A DNA stretch of 64,000 bases, from NCBI GenBank assembly GCA_051294375.1, contig CM119263.1:10562703-10626702 (forward strand), given 5' to 3'. A program made the position numbers and the translations under genes. This document shows positions 1 to 13,102 of the stretch, in pieces. Under the pieces are notes generated by a model. The model was given only the letters and a program-made list of their open reading frames with translations, did no database searches and had not been told where the DNA came from. The stretch comes from Paraspadella gotoi (taxonomy: Eukaryota; Animalia; Chaetognatha). How positions within the stretch are numbered: the first letter of the stretch is position 1; every line of letters begins with the position of its first letter.

Positions 1-430
1 TTGAGTAATTGTTGCTTACATTGTCGTATCACGTGCCAATGCATTCGATTATTAGTTCTATTTAGTCTAAGCCAATATTTTGTAACAGAACAAAACTCAG
101 TATCTGTATTCTAGCATGAGCAAACACGAGTTCATAGTAAAATAGAAAGAGCACAATCTCTTTTAACTAAGTAACTAGTACGAAGAGTTAAATTAAAATT
201 AATTTAAAACATCAGTAAATAAGTTCTGACTGGAGAACTCGAGCTAAATATAATTCGCTTTTTGGTGGAAGCGTTTCGTGATTATTTAAAAACAATAAAT
301 AACACTTCAACAATGTTTCGGATCATGGGGTAAGGGGCACAGAAGCGATTTACAGTTTCAACGTACAGACCCGATTTGTTTTTGTGTGTGGGCAAGGGGC
401 CGGGGTGTGGGAGGGGAAGATGAAGGAGAG

Positions 431-3400
431 TCACTGAAAGGATTTTATCAACGAATGGTTGGAGTCGAAAATTCTGAGAATGAGAACGGCGACCAGATCG
501 TAATTCCAATGAAGAACCATCATCGTCGTCGCCAAGATAATCGTCATAATCAACCGCGGTCTGTCAAAGCGAAACGGAGAATTATTGTAGTCGGGCATTG
601 CCTAGGTTCACTCCGCCTATAAGCATGACTCTTTCAGTTGTGACCCGGTGGCTCATTGAGTAAAGCCATCAGCTCATGACCACTAGGTACCGGGTTCAAT
701 CCCAACCCTGCGGGAAGAGTGAGGACGGCCGTAAGCCGCCTTGGGGGCGTGGCAAACCCCCAAGCCTGGTAACAAGCCCAGGACCCGTTCCATGACTGCT
801 AGAGGGGGTTATAGAAGTTACGGATAGTCATCTTCTGCCCACTTAGCGCCTTATCCACATTATGATATTTTAAACATTAGTAATCATGATTCGCCAGATG
901 ATTTGGATTTTAATTTCCAATCTAATTTCACGTTGACGACTTACTTGGTCAGAATAAAGGGCGTGGCCAAATTGTAGACGGTGTTAATCAATAGAATGGC
1001 TAGTTGAATGAGACAGAGAACGACGTTGATTAGTTTAGGGTAAACGAATCCTTGGAGGTTGTCGGGGTTCGGCTGAAAATTAATATTTAATCTTAGTGAT
1101 CTTTCGAAAGATGGGGGAAATGTATATAAAATTCCCGTACCATGTAGATATCTTGTTGATTCTTCTCCATCTTTTCAACCTGAAAGTAAAAACATTCATT
1201 AAAAAAGGGGGGGGGGAAATGAGTTATCAAATTAACAAATCAATCACAAAATTTAAAACATGGGAAAAGCGATCAAATCAACCAATCAATCTAACAATAC
1301 AACTCAAAGAATCAAAGCAAATCAATCGATCCCATTCACCTTGTGCTCGCAAGCTTCCAACTTCTCGTGAAGATCCCGACTCCTTTCCTCGCTTCTGTAG
1401 TCGACGATCTGCACTTCCTCCTTCTTGGCCAGAACGATCAACTCTTGCTTCAGGTTAAGTAGTTCCGTGTGCTGCAGGTCAATCTGATCGTTCAACTGGT
1501 CCTCCAAACGCTTAAGGGAAATTGAAAAAGGGAATGGCGGTAGAACTAATTAGTTTTATAACAAGAGCTATTTGACGAATTAATTCCGTTCTCTACTATT
1601 TATTTAATCATCCTGTTTTGACATTAGACCTAGTTTTGTTTGTTGTTATTGTCTGTAGTCTGTTCAATTCGGAGTAAAACGAATTTAATATGAACATTCT
1701 TATTCATATTTGGCAACACGTTTTTCTCAAGTTAATTGTTAAATCATTTATTTTCGCTAAAACACCTGATATCTGTATTCGGCGCTCTTCATCTCATCGT
1801 CGTAGTGAAGCCTCAATTCTTCCAAGTCTTTTCGCGCCTTCTGCTGCTGCCGCAACATATCCTGCATCTGTCGTTCGTGGGCCTCTCGCATCTCCATGAC
1901 GTCGCTGCGTGCGCGATTGACGCTCGCACATAGTTCATTAAGCAGCCACGCCTCCTGCGCCGCCGTGCCCGGCGTCGTCGTCGTCGTCGCGCCGTTGACG
2001 AAAGAGAAATCCTGCGGCTCCGCTTTTCCGCGTCCACCGAGACTGTTGGAGTTGCTGCCGCCGCCGCCGCCGACGCTGCTGCTGCCGCCGCCGCCGTAAC
2101 TGCCGCCTGTGACAACGTCAGAGGCGGGCTCGGCGTCGGCGGCGCCGCTGCCGCTGTTAGCGTCTGAGGCGGCGGAGAGGTTGTCGTCGGAGACGAAGGT
2201 TCTGATGGTGGACGGAGAACAAATGAACAGAGGACAAATAAAGATTCAAAAGCGATAAATTTCGTCTACTTTAATATAATACTATTGTAATTGTTGTTCA
2301 TGTAATCTATACAATCTTTAATAATGTTATTCTACTGACTTGAGCTTCGACTGTGCGTCGCTGTCCCTGTCTACTTTCTTCACGGGCGATCCGACCAACG
2401 ACGTCGCTGGACTGTAGAAGAAACTCCGCCCAACGTTCGATTCTGCCTCCTCGATTTTTCTATAGGGAAATAAAAATAAATAAAATTAAAAATATCGTTC
2501 ATTAACGAAGTTAAAAACAGTCTATACCTTCTCGTTAGCTTCTAAAATATACCAAACAATTGAGGCGACTTACCACCACAATTAAACAAACGTTAATTTT
2601 TAAAGCGGAAGCACAGTGCGCCGAGCAATGCGCAGTGATTCACCTGAGGTATTTTTCGATGTTGGTTTGAGCTTTTTGAATTTTCACACTGTGGCTCAGA
2701 TTGCGTTTTTCGAAAATATTTTTTAGGATCGAAATTTGACTTTTGTCCGCTTTTTGCGACATTTGAAGAAATTCGTTGACGTTGGCTTTGGAATAAAAGG
2801 AAATAGAAACGGAAAATTTACCACCAGCTTTGAAGATAATTGAAGCAAAAAAAAAAAAGAAAGAAAGAAACAACAAAAATTTTATCTTAACTTAGTATTG
2901 TTATTTTAAACTGGAAATATATCTGCAAATATTTGTAAATTGCGTTGCAACAACGTTGATAGTCTTCGAAAGTTCCACCGAGATATATTTTTTAAAGGAC
3001 AAACGCTTTTCCAATGACAATGTTTTCGAGATACAACGCATTTATATCTTTCCATCGAACGCTTGACTCAACTTAAAAGAATAACAAAACCATTATCTAC
3101 AGATTGTTACAAGCTCACCATCTTTTTGCCTCTGCTCGTTGTCGATTTCTCTTTTCAAAATTTCGATCTTTTTTCGCCATTCTTCGACTTTCTGCCTCTG
3201 CTTTCCACCCTCGGGGCTCGTCCCGTCGTCTAAAGAGCCTTGGGGAAAAAAGGAGAACAAATCGATGCCATGTTAGGTCACGTGATGTCCAAGACAAATT
3301 GGTTTCAAGTGTCAAATGAGCTGGTAAAATATTTGTTGCTTGATTTCAATAAGGAAGTCCAAAGCGACAGGAGGTTAAGAAAGAAGAAATGAGCAGAGGT

Positions 3401-6400
3401 CATCAACTGTCATCTTGACGAAAGACTCACTCGAATTGGCCGACATGTTGGAGACGGACTTGGTCGTCTTTAGAGGACTCCTGGGTCTCACCAGCCCATC
3501 CTTGAAGAAGTCACTGGTGATTCTGAGAAGATAGGGGTGGGGCGGTAGGGGTACTGTAAATACGTAATGTTAAGAAAAAAGGGGGTCAGAAAAAAATTCA
3601 AATGAAATTCAGTTCAAATTTCTATTGAATTAATATTTTAAAAATAGTAGTAGTCAATTTTAAGATAGTTCCATGGAAATCCGGTTTTTTTTTTTGTTTT
3701 TTTGTTTTTTTTAATTTTAAGATTTTTTTAATCAATACGCAGAGCAAACGAAATCAACTTGAAAATTGAGTAAGACGCGAGGCATGAAAAAGCAAAAAAA
3801 ATGGAGTGACGTCGAAGCTGGTTCTCGGATTATAAAAGGCAATGTAACAATGTAAGGCATTGTAAGTTGGTCTGAAAAATAGAGACCTAAACCTTTAGGC
3901 TTAAGAGGTTTTGTGTTTGACGTCATTGATTCATAACATCGGCAATAAAATGACATTTTAAATTTGATAAAAACAAATGGAAAGAGATTATTCACACATT
4001 TATATATGTTTGGTTGTTAACTGGATGACTTTTTTAAACGTAGTAGTTTTAACGGAAAAACGACTAGAGACTCGGTTACGAGAGTATTAAAATTAAACTT
4101 GTTCAGTGTAAAAAAAGAAGAGAAAACAAAGGAACCAGTGGTCCAACTGGTCATCACCGTTTCCCAGATTTTGTCGGCTCCTCTTCGAAACTCTCCTAGA
4201 GGAAGGGCAGGGAAACAATTCTTTGCTGGCTTTTGTATCGGCGTTTTTACTTTGTGGTTTCTTGTTTATATTTAACTTTTTATAAATCATTCAACAGAAA
4301 TTGTTAGGTGAATATGGTTACGTTTGACATTTTACATTACTTAACTAAGTTAACCTTTTACTAACTCCCTCGTCTTCTTCTCATTTTCCTCACCCTCCCT
4401 ACCGCGTTCTCTGTTTTCTCTTCCACCAAAAAGAATTTGATTTTCGGCGTTCGTTCGCTCTTCCTCTTTCGGTTCGTCTTTTCGTCTTCGTCGTCGTCGT
4501 TTTCGCCGTCGTTTTTGTCGCCGTCGTCGTCATTCTTGACGAGGCGCCGAAAAAATATCGGCGAACACGAGAGAGAGCGCCGCTTGTCGACGCCGAGGAG
4601 ACCGAGAATCGGCGCCGCGACGCCGCGTTTCGTAGATCGAGCGTCAACGACGCCGTCGAGGCCGCGTTTGAGGCCGCCGCCGACCGAAAATGAGTGGGCG
4701 GCGCCGTCTAGCGTCACGACGGGAGGTCGGCGTTGAACGGCGCCGGAATTTACGACGCCATCCACGGTAGACGCCATTAGCCTTTTTTTTAAAGTGACGA
4801 AAAATTGGACAGGGGGGGGAAAAGTAATGGTGGGGAACAAGACCAACAAATGGAAATTGATGGGGAAAGAAGAGGAGAGAAAGAGGAAAGCAGGGGAGAG
4901 GAAAGGAGGGCAGAGGAAGGGAGGGCAGAGTAAACGGAGAGCAGAGTAAACGGAGAGAGAAGGTGAGGCTTTTTTAGAGGAGTTGGTAGCAGTGATTTTT
5001 GTTTTGAAAGAGAACCAGAGCAAAGTCTACTTTTTTAGCGATAAAAAAAAAGATTGTTCACAGCTTGATCCCGCGTGTTTGTGAATTTTCAATCTTACGA
5101 CGACTGGGACGACAAGGACAAAGACGACGAGAGGCAGAACGTTAAAGTTAATACGTTGACAATGACGGTCGAAAGATAATGACCCACTTTCAATGATAAT
5201 TTGTGTTTTGAGGGGAATAAGAAAAATATTTTATGCTGGGGAACAGAAAAAAGTCGAAGATTTAGGGAAGTGAAATAAGAAAAAAAGCGATCGTTAAAAA
5301 ATTCGTGCTTCTTGAAATTTGTTTACCCAAAAAAATCTCTGAAGTTGCAAAAACAATTCGGATTACGATTGTAAATATTTTTTGGGGTTTTTATAACATG
5401 CGGTAAATTATCGTTTCAGAAAAAAAAATCTTGAAATTTTAAAATTGAACAGTTGTTTACGTATTATCAGCATAAGGATATTTAAGAATTAGCATATTAA
5501 AAGATTTCAAGGTTTGCGAAAGAAACGTCAGATTTTTTGTGAAATCTAAATGCTCAATATTTTTAGGGCTTTATTTTAACTATAAATAAGGAAAAAAAAT
5601 TGGTTTTCATCAATTGTACCTACCTACCATTAATAACTATTACCGACCGTAGCCTGTCCAAAGCCAGGGGAAAGATAGCTTATTTATTAAATGAATACAC
5701 AATTTCATATTTAAATACTTTATTTCTGAACTTTTTCATATATATATGATATATTTAGTTATTTACTACTACTTCGGTTGAAACGTTCATATTTGAGGTC
5801 GTATGATTTAATATAACGTCTTACGATATAAATTTAAGATTCAAAATTCTCTTACTCTAAACGCGGAAACAGATTGGCGGATCTAGCTATGGTGTGGGGG
5901 CGTGGCCTAGACGACAGATCCTCGATGCGCATCCCATGCGACGCGTAGAATCGACGCTCTTCTTCGTCGAGGTTGGCGGCGCCGGAAGACCCCTGAGAAG
6001 GTGGTCGAGATAAAAGAAGGTTAGAAGACGTTTTGCATTACGTTTTTTTATATTTATAATCGCCAAACCAAATTGATGTAAACCTGTTAAATACTATAAT
6101 TTTTTAGTATTTTTAGTTTGTTTTCTTATTATTGTATTATGATTTTCTTATACTTAGTTTTTAAAAAAAAATAAATTCAAACAATGTTTTCGACATTTTT
6201 CCAATGCACCTCAAAAGCGGGTGACGAAGTCTTTGTCGGCGACTCCGACTTTGACGCCGTCGTAGTCTTCTCTTTTTCGTCCGTCGACGCCGCGACGTCA
6301 AGGTAGGACGCCACGGCGCCGCCCGATCGTTTCCGCGCGCGAAAGACGCCCGACAGCCATCCGGTGTTGCTGACAGACCGGGGGCTCTTTTGCTTGGCCC

Positions 6401-6614
6401 CGGCGTCGAGTCGAGAGAGGTCTTCCAGGGTACGAGATCGGCGCCGGTCGGTGAGGCGGCGCGGAAGCGGCGTCAAGGTCGACGGGCGAAGGGAAGGGAG
6501 AGGAGGAGGAGGAGGAGGAGGCGACGGTGGAGGCGGAGGCGGAGGCGGAGGCGCGACCGGGGTCAAAGGCGAAGGCTTCATTCGAGACGGCGTCCAAGTC
6601 GGGGACAGGTGCAT
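431..6614 (-). CDS. Transmembrane and coiled-coil domain protein (TMCC/Tex28/Dementin family), multi-exon
   Basis: Phase-consistent exons encode IDNEQRQKDANVNEFLQMSQKADKSQISILKNIFEKRN (cf. TMCC [32 protein letters not shown]) and RLEDQLNDQIDLQHTELLNLKQEL...EERSRDLHEKLEACEHKVEKME (~1338-1510, 1141-1179). Two TM exons follow: KLINVVLCLIQLAILLINTVYNLATPF (945-1072) and RLIMTIILATTMMVLHW...FQ* (431-560). The 5' exons (~6209-6614, ~5856-5992; possible alternative exon ~4402-4777) are less certain. Confidence 0.88.
642..830 (+). mobile_element. tRNA-derived SINE in the last TMCC intron
   Basis: A-box-like TGGCTCATTGAG and B-box GGTTCAATCCC with no intact cloverleaf, followed by a GC-rich structured body (hairpins ttggggg/cccccaa and cctgg-taacaagc-ccagg). 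Architecture resembles the element at 8102-8271. Confidence 0.65.
5651..5709 (+). repeat. 5'-truncated copy of a dispersed ~106-bp repeat
   Basis: gcctgtccaaagccaggggaaagatagcttatttattaaatgaat...aatttcata matches the copies at 14460-14565, 37520-37625 and 63876-63936. Confidence 0.8.
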
Positions 6615-6636
6615 GGCGTGAGTGGGTGTAAGGGGG

Positions 6637-6667
<31 letters not shown>

Positions 6668-8101
6668 CGAGTATATATTTTTTTCTTTTTATAGCACTTT
6701 ATCAGAGAGAATTTATTTGGTTTCGACGCATTAGGACTGATGCCATAATTGTCATCCATAAATTCCATCCCATTATTTATGTACATAATTGACGTAAGCA
6801 TGTCATTTCGCTTTCAGAATTTTCAACCGTCATATTTAGTGATTTACAATCATTTTCAGGTTTAGAACTGGCTTTTAAATTAAACTGGAGTTGTTTTATC
6901 AATCTTTCACTCTTCGGCATCCGTTTTTTAATTGGATTAAAATCCGGTTGACCCCGTTTTTTTTTTAAATTTAAACTTGACTCCAAACGAAATTTGAAGT
7001 GACGGACTCGGGAGTTTAAATGAATACGAACGCGAAAAAAAAAATGTAGGAAAAAAAAATGCCACGAATAATTCGCCGGAGAGACAACAGTTCTTTCAAA
7101 TAGTCGCCATAAATATCCTGATAACGAAAAAAAAAATTGGCATTTGCCAAAAAATAGAATCGGGGGGAAATAAATTTCTCACTTCATGACACAAGTGGAA
7201 AAAATTACAATTAAAAATTAGTATATCAAAAAGGGACACGAGTCGAACAGATAGTTACTATATAATCGGATTTATTCCAATTATCTATCGAGGGGCAAAG
7301 GTTCGAAGTGGATCAAAACCCTAAAAGAAGAAGTGAAAAAAAAAAATCGAACGAAGGCCGAGAAGAGGACGGAGCGAAAAACGTCGCGAAGGATGAGCGT
7401 AGAAAACTTCTAAGGCAGGAAACTTCTAAGGCAAGACAAATGCTGGAAACAATAGCATTAGCGATCTCTGAATGTGGGTACAATTTACGATTCACTCCGG
7501 TTTAACGCAGCCGAAAAAAAACTTCTTCGCCGCGAGACGAAGACCACAGAGTCACAGGGATATGAAGAAGATCACGGACGCTCACTACGGTTGAGAAGAA
7601 GAAAAAACTGGAAACGGGCCAGGCATAGCTGGAACGTGTTATTCAATTTGTAAAGAGAAATTAAAAAAAAAACCGTCGTATATTAAATAGATTATGTATG
7701 TAGAGGAAAAATTAGTAAAACTTGGGAGAGATCTGATTTTTGGATTATTTTAGTTTTTAAATTTGTATCCCAAAATATGTCGGAGAAGTCCTTTCGTTTT
7801 GTTGACGCAAAATAAATGGGATAAATTCAATAGTCGGCCGCGGGAAGATGGGATGTAAGATAAGAAAACGCAAAAGAAAAGCAATTAATTTCCCAGAACC
7901 AAACTTCTTTCACAGTTTATTTAATTTCTGACGTGAAAAATGTCTTTCGGATAAATTTAATATTTTTTTTTTTCTGGCTCGTTTTGGTTTCAGAATAGAA
8001 ATTCTTTCGTAAAATTATGTTCTCATTTTTATAGGCATTAGTATAAATGCTAGGTATAAATACTAGGTTATGGTGGACTAAAATCCACCAACCGTTCATC
8101 A

Positions 8102-8271
8102 GCGGCCATTGGTGCCGGAGGCAAGACATTCGCCTCCCAACCCAAAGGTCCGGGGTTCTAGCCCGGTGGTCGTCTGGCAGTTAAGAGGGACGGGGCGCTT
8201 AACTCGCCTGTAACACGGTGTTACAGCCTGATCCGAAGCTCAGGGACTGCTTATATTGAACGGTTCTGTCA
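8102..8271 (+). mobile_element. tRNA-derived SINE with a twister-ribozyme-like body
   Basis: Head 8102-8173 has acceptor stem gcggcca/tggtcgt, A-box-like TGGTGCCGGAGG, B-box GGTTCTAGCCC and a broken anticodon stem. Body 8177-8250 matches twister-like elements (see findings). Confidence 0.65.
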
Positions 8272-11200
8272 TTAACACTTATCAATAATTACTGTCTCTT
8301 CAAGGTTTTCCTTTGCGAAAAGGGATGTTTATTTCGAAGAATCTTTCATTTTAACAGTTTTTTTTAGTTTTTTTTTTCAATGTATCGAATAGAGTTGGTA
8401 CCGATTCACTCGTGATTCTTAACCCAAGTGGAATCGAGCTTCAATCTCTCCTCATCCTCAAGAGGATTTCTACTCGAGTCTTTTGACTAATCCAAGAAAA
8501 AGTGGGATCCCTTAATATCAAAATCAAAAGAGGGATGGAAAAAAGAAAGAAAAGAGATGAAAAAGATGAAGCGAATTTAAAAAAGAAATAAAAAAGTACA
8601 AAGAAAAGTAAAAAAGTAAAAAACTGTTTACGGTAGGAGTAGTAGAAAGAAAAAGAGAGGATGACAAGAGGGGAAAATGTATGAAAAAAAAAGAAGTTAT
8701 TTTTAATAAGGTTTTTTCAATTGATAATAAACATGGAAAATGAAGTAAATAAAAATTAAGGTGAAAAGTTTAAAAAGAAAAGGGAAAAAAAGTTTATATA
8801 ATATCAATTTAACGTTCAAGTGAAAAACCGAATCGTGGCTCATGTTCAGGACCCAAATTTTGAATTTTTGATGGCATCATCGGAAAAGATTCATCATTCA
8901 TGTCATGGAGTGAAAACTTGAACTAGAGAACGGCAAAGAAACCAAAATTCAGCAAGATTCCAAATTTAAGGGGTCTGTCATACAAGGTTTAATATATAAT
9001 TAAAATTTTCGCAATCCAAATGAAATAAAATCAAAGAATCGATGTATGTCTGAATAATGAATGTAGAACGGTAGAGCAGCTCTTGAAACCATAATATTTC
9101 GATGAACATCACGAGAAACTTGATTTTCCTTTAACATGATGACGTCATTACGATTTTATAAACATATTCGTGCAGAGTTTAAATCGAAGACAACATTGAT
9201 AAAGTTGATAGCTAAAAGGCAACTAATCATAACAAAAATAACGAGTGATGACGAATAAAAGCAACATCAACAAATTATACATAAATTGCGTTTTTACTCT
9301 TCTCCGTGCTTGAGTTTTATATTGAGCTCGAATTTATTTTCCACAGCGTCAACTTTTTCTTATCGCATAAATTAGTTTTTGAGCGTAATAAGTAATTCAT
9401 CAACAAACCAACAACCAAACTGCATTCTCTAAAGCAATCCATTACTTGCTCAATCAGTTCCTACATTACTCAATACTCACCTTTGTTTAAATCGTGTGAC
9501 GGATTCACCGCATCGTCATCGAATCAGCTATCCGAGGGTCCTTGATTTAAGTCACCTTGTCGAGTCTAACATTATGTTTATTTATTCTTTGTTTCGTTTC
9601 GCTGCTTTATTTTGTTGCAAACATCGAAAAAGCGATGTATTCTAGTAATAGTTACGGTCATTGCTTTTTTTTTTTTTTGCTTTTGTTTCGGAGGTCTGAT
9701 TGCTTTGCTCAATCCCAGATCATTTTGATATTTTGGTTGGGGATCGTTTCGGACCCAGAGGTCAAGCTTCTTCCCAGGCACAAAATGTTTATTGATTGTA
9801 AACGGCTATGGATGCAGGAATAAAGAAAAAAAAAAGGATGTGATAATTCGAGAATAAAAACCACGAACAAAAGAAAACCAAATTGGAGAAGAAGATAAAA
9901 AGATCGAACAAAAGGATTAAACACGACAGTGAGTCACAAGCAGCCCCATTCAGCTGAGGCTTTCTCTCTCTCGATCCTCGAAAAAAGCCTGCCAGGTTTT
10001 CCTCTCTGTGTGTTTGAATTTCTAATTCTATTCCATCTTGGCTTTGCTCTTTTGTTGAGAATTCGAAACTAAAGTTTTATGTTCTACAAGTCGAGGAAAA
10101 ACATTTCATGCGGTTGTACACGGATTTCAAATGGGAGTGAAATGAAAGGATCAAATACTGTAGCTAAATTATTTGTTATAGCAACTTCAGATTTTATACC
10201 CTGGTAAAAAAATCGCAGACGTTTTTTTTTTCTAACTCCCAGTAGTCCAGCTTGCTTACTTTCTTAGTTATGTACTCTTCAATTCCATGGTCGAATTTCA
10301 AAAAAGCAATATTTTTTGCATTTGAATAGTAACTATATTTTTAAGATATATTTTTATGAAAAAAAGTAAAATGTTTGAAAATTTTGGTTCATCTTCATCT
10401 TCATCTTGTCTGAGCAATCTGAATGTCAAAATATTTTTCACGACCACAATGAGAGCCTTTTTTATTTTATAATTTTTCTAGTTAAAACTTCTAGAAAATA
10501 AAAATTTCAGCGTTAAAAAAATGGTAAAAGGACAATGACCTGGCAAGAGCCTGTTGCCTAACTAAACCTTAAAATATTTTAATAAGAATTTTTTTGCATA
10601 CTCCCGAGACATTATACTAACTAATGAATGTAAAAGAATTTAAAATATTTGTGATGCCTCCGGTTACCCTAGGACGGTATCGCTTTGCCAAGGTAAAGGG
10701 AAGTTGTTAGGACGGTGGATGGAACGCAACGCCTGGGATGATGCGTTCACCTTCTGAGCCAATGGAATTGGATGAACGAGGATGGACGTGAGGCGGTGTG
10801 TATATACCGCTATAGTAGGCACTTATCTAATATCTATTGATAACAGCATTCGTCGCCTTTTGTGTTTGGTCTCAATGTACGATAATTTGCATATTGATTT
10901 AAAGACTCTTGGTTTATTTCAAAGTTTTTTTCAAGTCGGTAGTATATTTTTTTTTCAATGCTTTTAAGTCTTAGAGCTAAATAAATTAAGTGATATATAA
11001 GAATAATGAAATAGAGCATTTGAACACTGACGTTCTTTTTAATTTCTTTGATTTCATTTTCTGGGGGCCTGCGTTCGCGTTTACCCCTGAGTTTGGCAAT
11101 AATGAAAACATGACTAATAAAATCATGAGGAATTTCAGTCTGAAAAACCAATTCTATCCTATAAATGGCTTACGTTCATAAAGAATGCGCAAGTTAATTT

Positions 11201-11496
11201 GATGCCCATTTTCTGTTGTAAATATCTTTTGTTTTTCCAGAAAAGAAGTTCTCGCGGAGACCTCTCTCGATCGACGTCCGAACCCATCTCGAAACAAATT
11301 CTTCTGTCCGCAGAGAGTTCATGACCGACTGTTTCAGCTTGAAACGTCTCGTCTCTTTAGCTTCTATTTAGAAATTGTTTAATATGAAAAATTCATTCTA
11401 CTCTTTTATAATTAATCAATATTCATTCCAAAGTAAACTAAACTAATGAACGTTTTCCAGAACTTATTTTACTGTATACGCAAAAGGGAAAAAGTG

Positions 11497-13040
11497 ATGG
11501 AGGACCAAGACGACTCTCAGACTCGTCTTCGCGTCGGTCTCACCATCCTCGCCGGCGTCTATGACAAACAGTGCGTCCTCCACCGACTGCGCGGGACGCC
11601 GCATCTCGTGAAGCAAATCTTCGAACTGGCCACCAACGAAATACGGTGGAAGTGTCACATTAAAGTAGGCTGTCACTCTCTACTTGCAACAATTTTTTTT
11701 TAAGAATTATCTTCGCAGAACGAAAGAACATATTAATTGTATCCTATATAGCTTGCGAACGACGACATCGACCGTCAGAGACTCCAACTCGTGAGAGAAG
11801 CCCGACGCCAGTCGGAGTTGCCCAACGACGACGACTCCTTTCTCTTCTTCACTGAGGTTTTCGACAAGGAGGAATACGACGAGCCTCTCGAGTTTCCCGA
11901 TCCCAGCGACATTAACATTAACATGATGCCTTTCATACTGAAGAGTCGCTTCGAAGACTGTCAACTTCCCGACTACTTGAAACCCTACTGGCCTCTGATT
12001 CACTACTGCAGCTCGAGAGAGTCGGAGAAGTATCACGGAAGCTGGTTCTCCAAAAAAGAATCGGAATACGGAAAAGTTTGCTACTTAACGATACAGGAGG
12101 GCCAGGTCGAGGCGGGAACGTCGCAACGACGACCCGGGCTGCACACGGACTGTCCGGGAAAAGTCAAGATCAAGGGTTCAGGCGTCTCAGGTCTGTTGGA
12201 TATGCCAAAGACGGGTCGACGAATTTTTATAAAAATACCAATTAAAACAAAAACTTAGTATAAGACAATTCGTAGTGCGTCTTTTATTTTTATTTGCCAA
12301 TATTTGGACTAAAAATGAAATATGCACTTGTAAAATCCAGTACGAATTGCCTTATACTAAACTACTATATCCACTCTCCAGTGCATATGATGTCTCTTCA
12401 ACAACTAAAACAAAAGCGACCGACGACCATGACCTTTGGCCAATCTACCAGCCGATCGATTTAAGGAAGAGTTGGATAATGGTTACTTCTCTTAATTATT
12501 AATATTGCATAATTCTATGCAGGGGAGGCGAGATGGGTGGACCCCCTCGCCTCAGTGGAGCGGCCCGGGCCCCAGGGGGGCCCGGGAGGGCCCCTGAGAA
12601 GAGAGAAAAAAAGAAGGAAAGAGAAAAGGCAAAAAGTCGGTAATCGAAAACTAAAATTATGGAGAGGGGTGGGGGCCCGGCCAGGGGGTCAGTGGAGGGG
12701 CCCGCCATTTCTTTCGGCCCCCCTGATTCTATCTTCTGGACCATCATTCGCAGAATCGAGGACCAAAGGTTCGGGTTGTTCCCATCGCTACCTTTCTCAC
12801 CCGTGGGGATTCGGCGGAGCGCACCTCGTTCCTGCTCGAGACGAAGATAAAGAAGAACGATACAGCTATCGCTGGAGTCACGAGGTTGAAGAGAGAGAGA
12901 GAGAGAGAGGAGCAGAGAGAGAGAGAGAGGAGAGAGAGAGGAGAGAGAAGAGAAGAGAGAGAGTGAAACATAAAGACAGAAGTGGCGAAAGATTGGTTGA
13001 GAATACATCGAGAGAGAGAGAGAGAGAGAGCGAAACATAC

Positions 13041-13102
<62 letters not shown>

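Noticed and set aside
1813-2200. Protamine-like Arg-rich and poly-Ala ORFs (also 6298-6801)
   Set aside because: GC-rich low-complexity exon sequence of the TMCC gene read in several frames; no independent gene structure.
8102-8173. Functional tRNA genes here and at 642-707
   Set aside because: A and B boxes are present, but the anticodon and other stems do not pair and there is no adjacent poly-T terminator; better explained as SINE heads.
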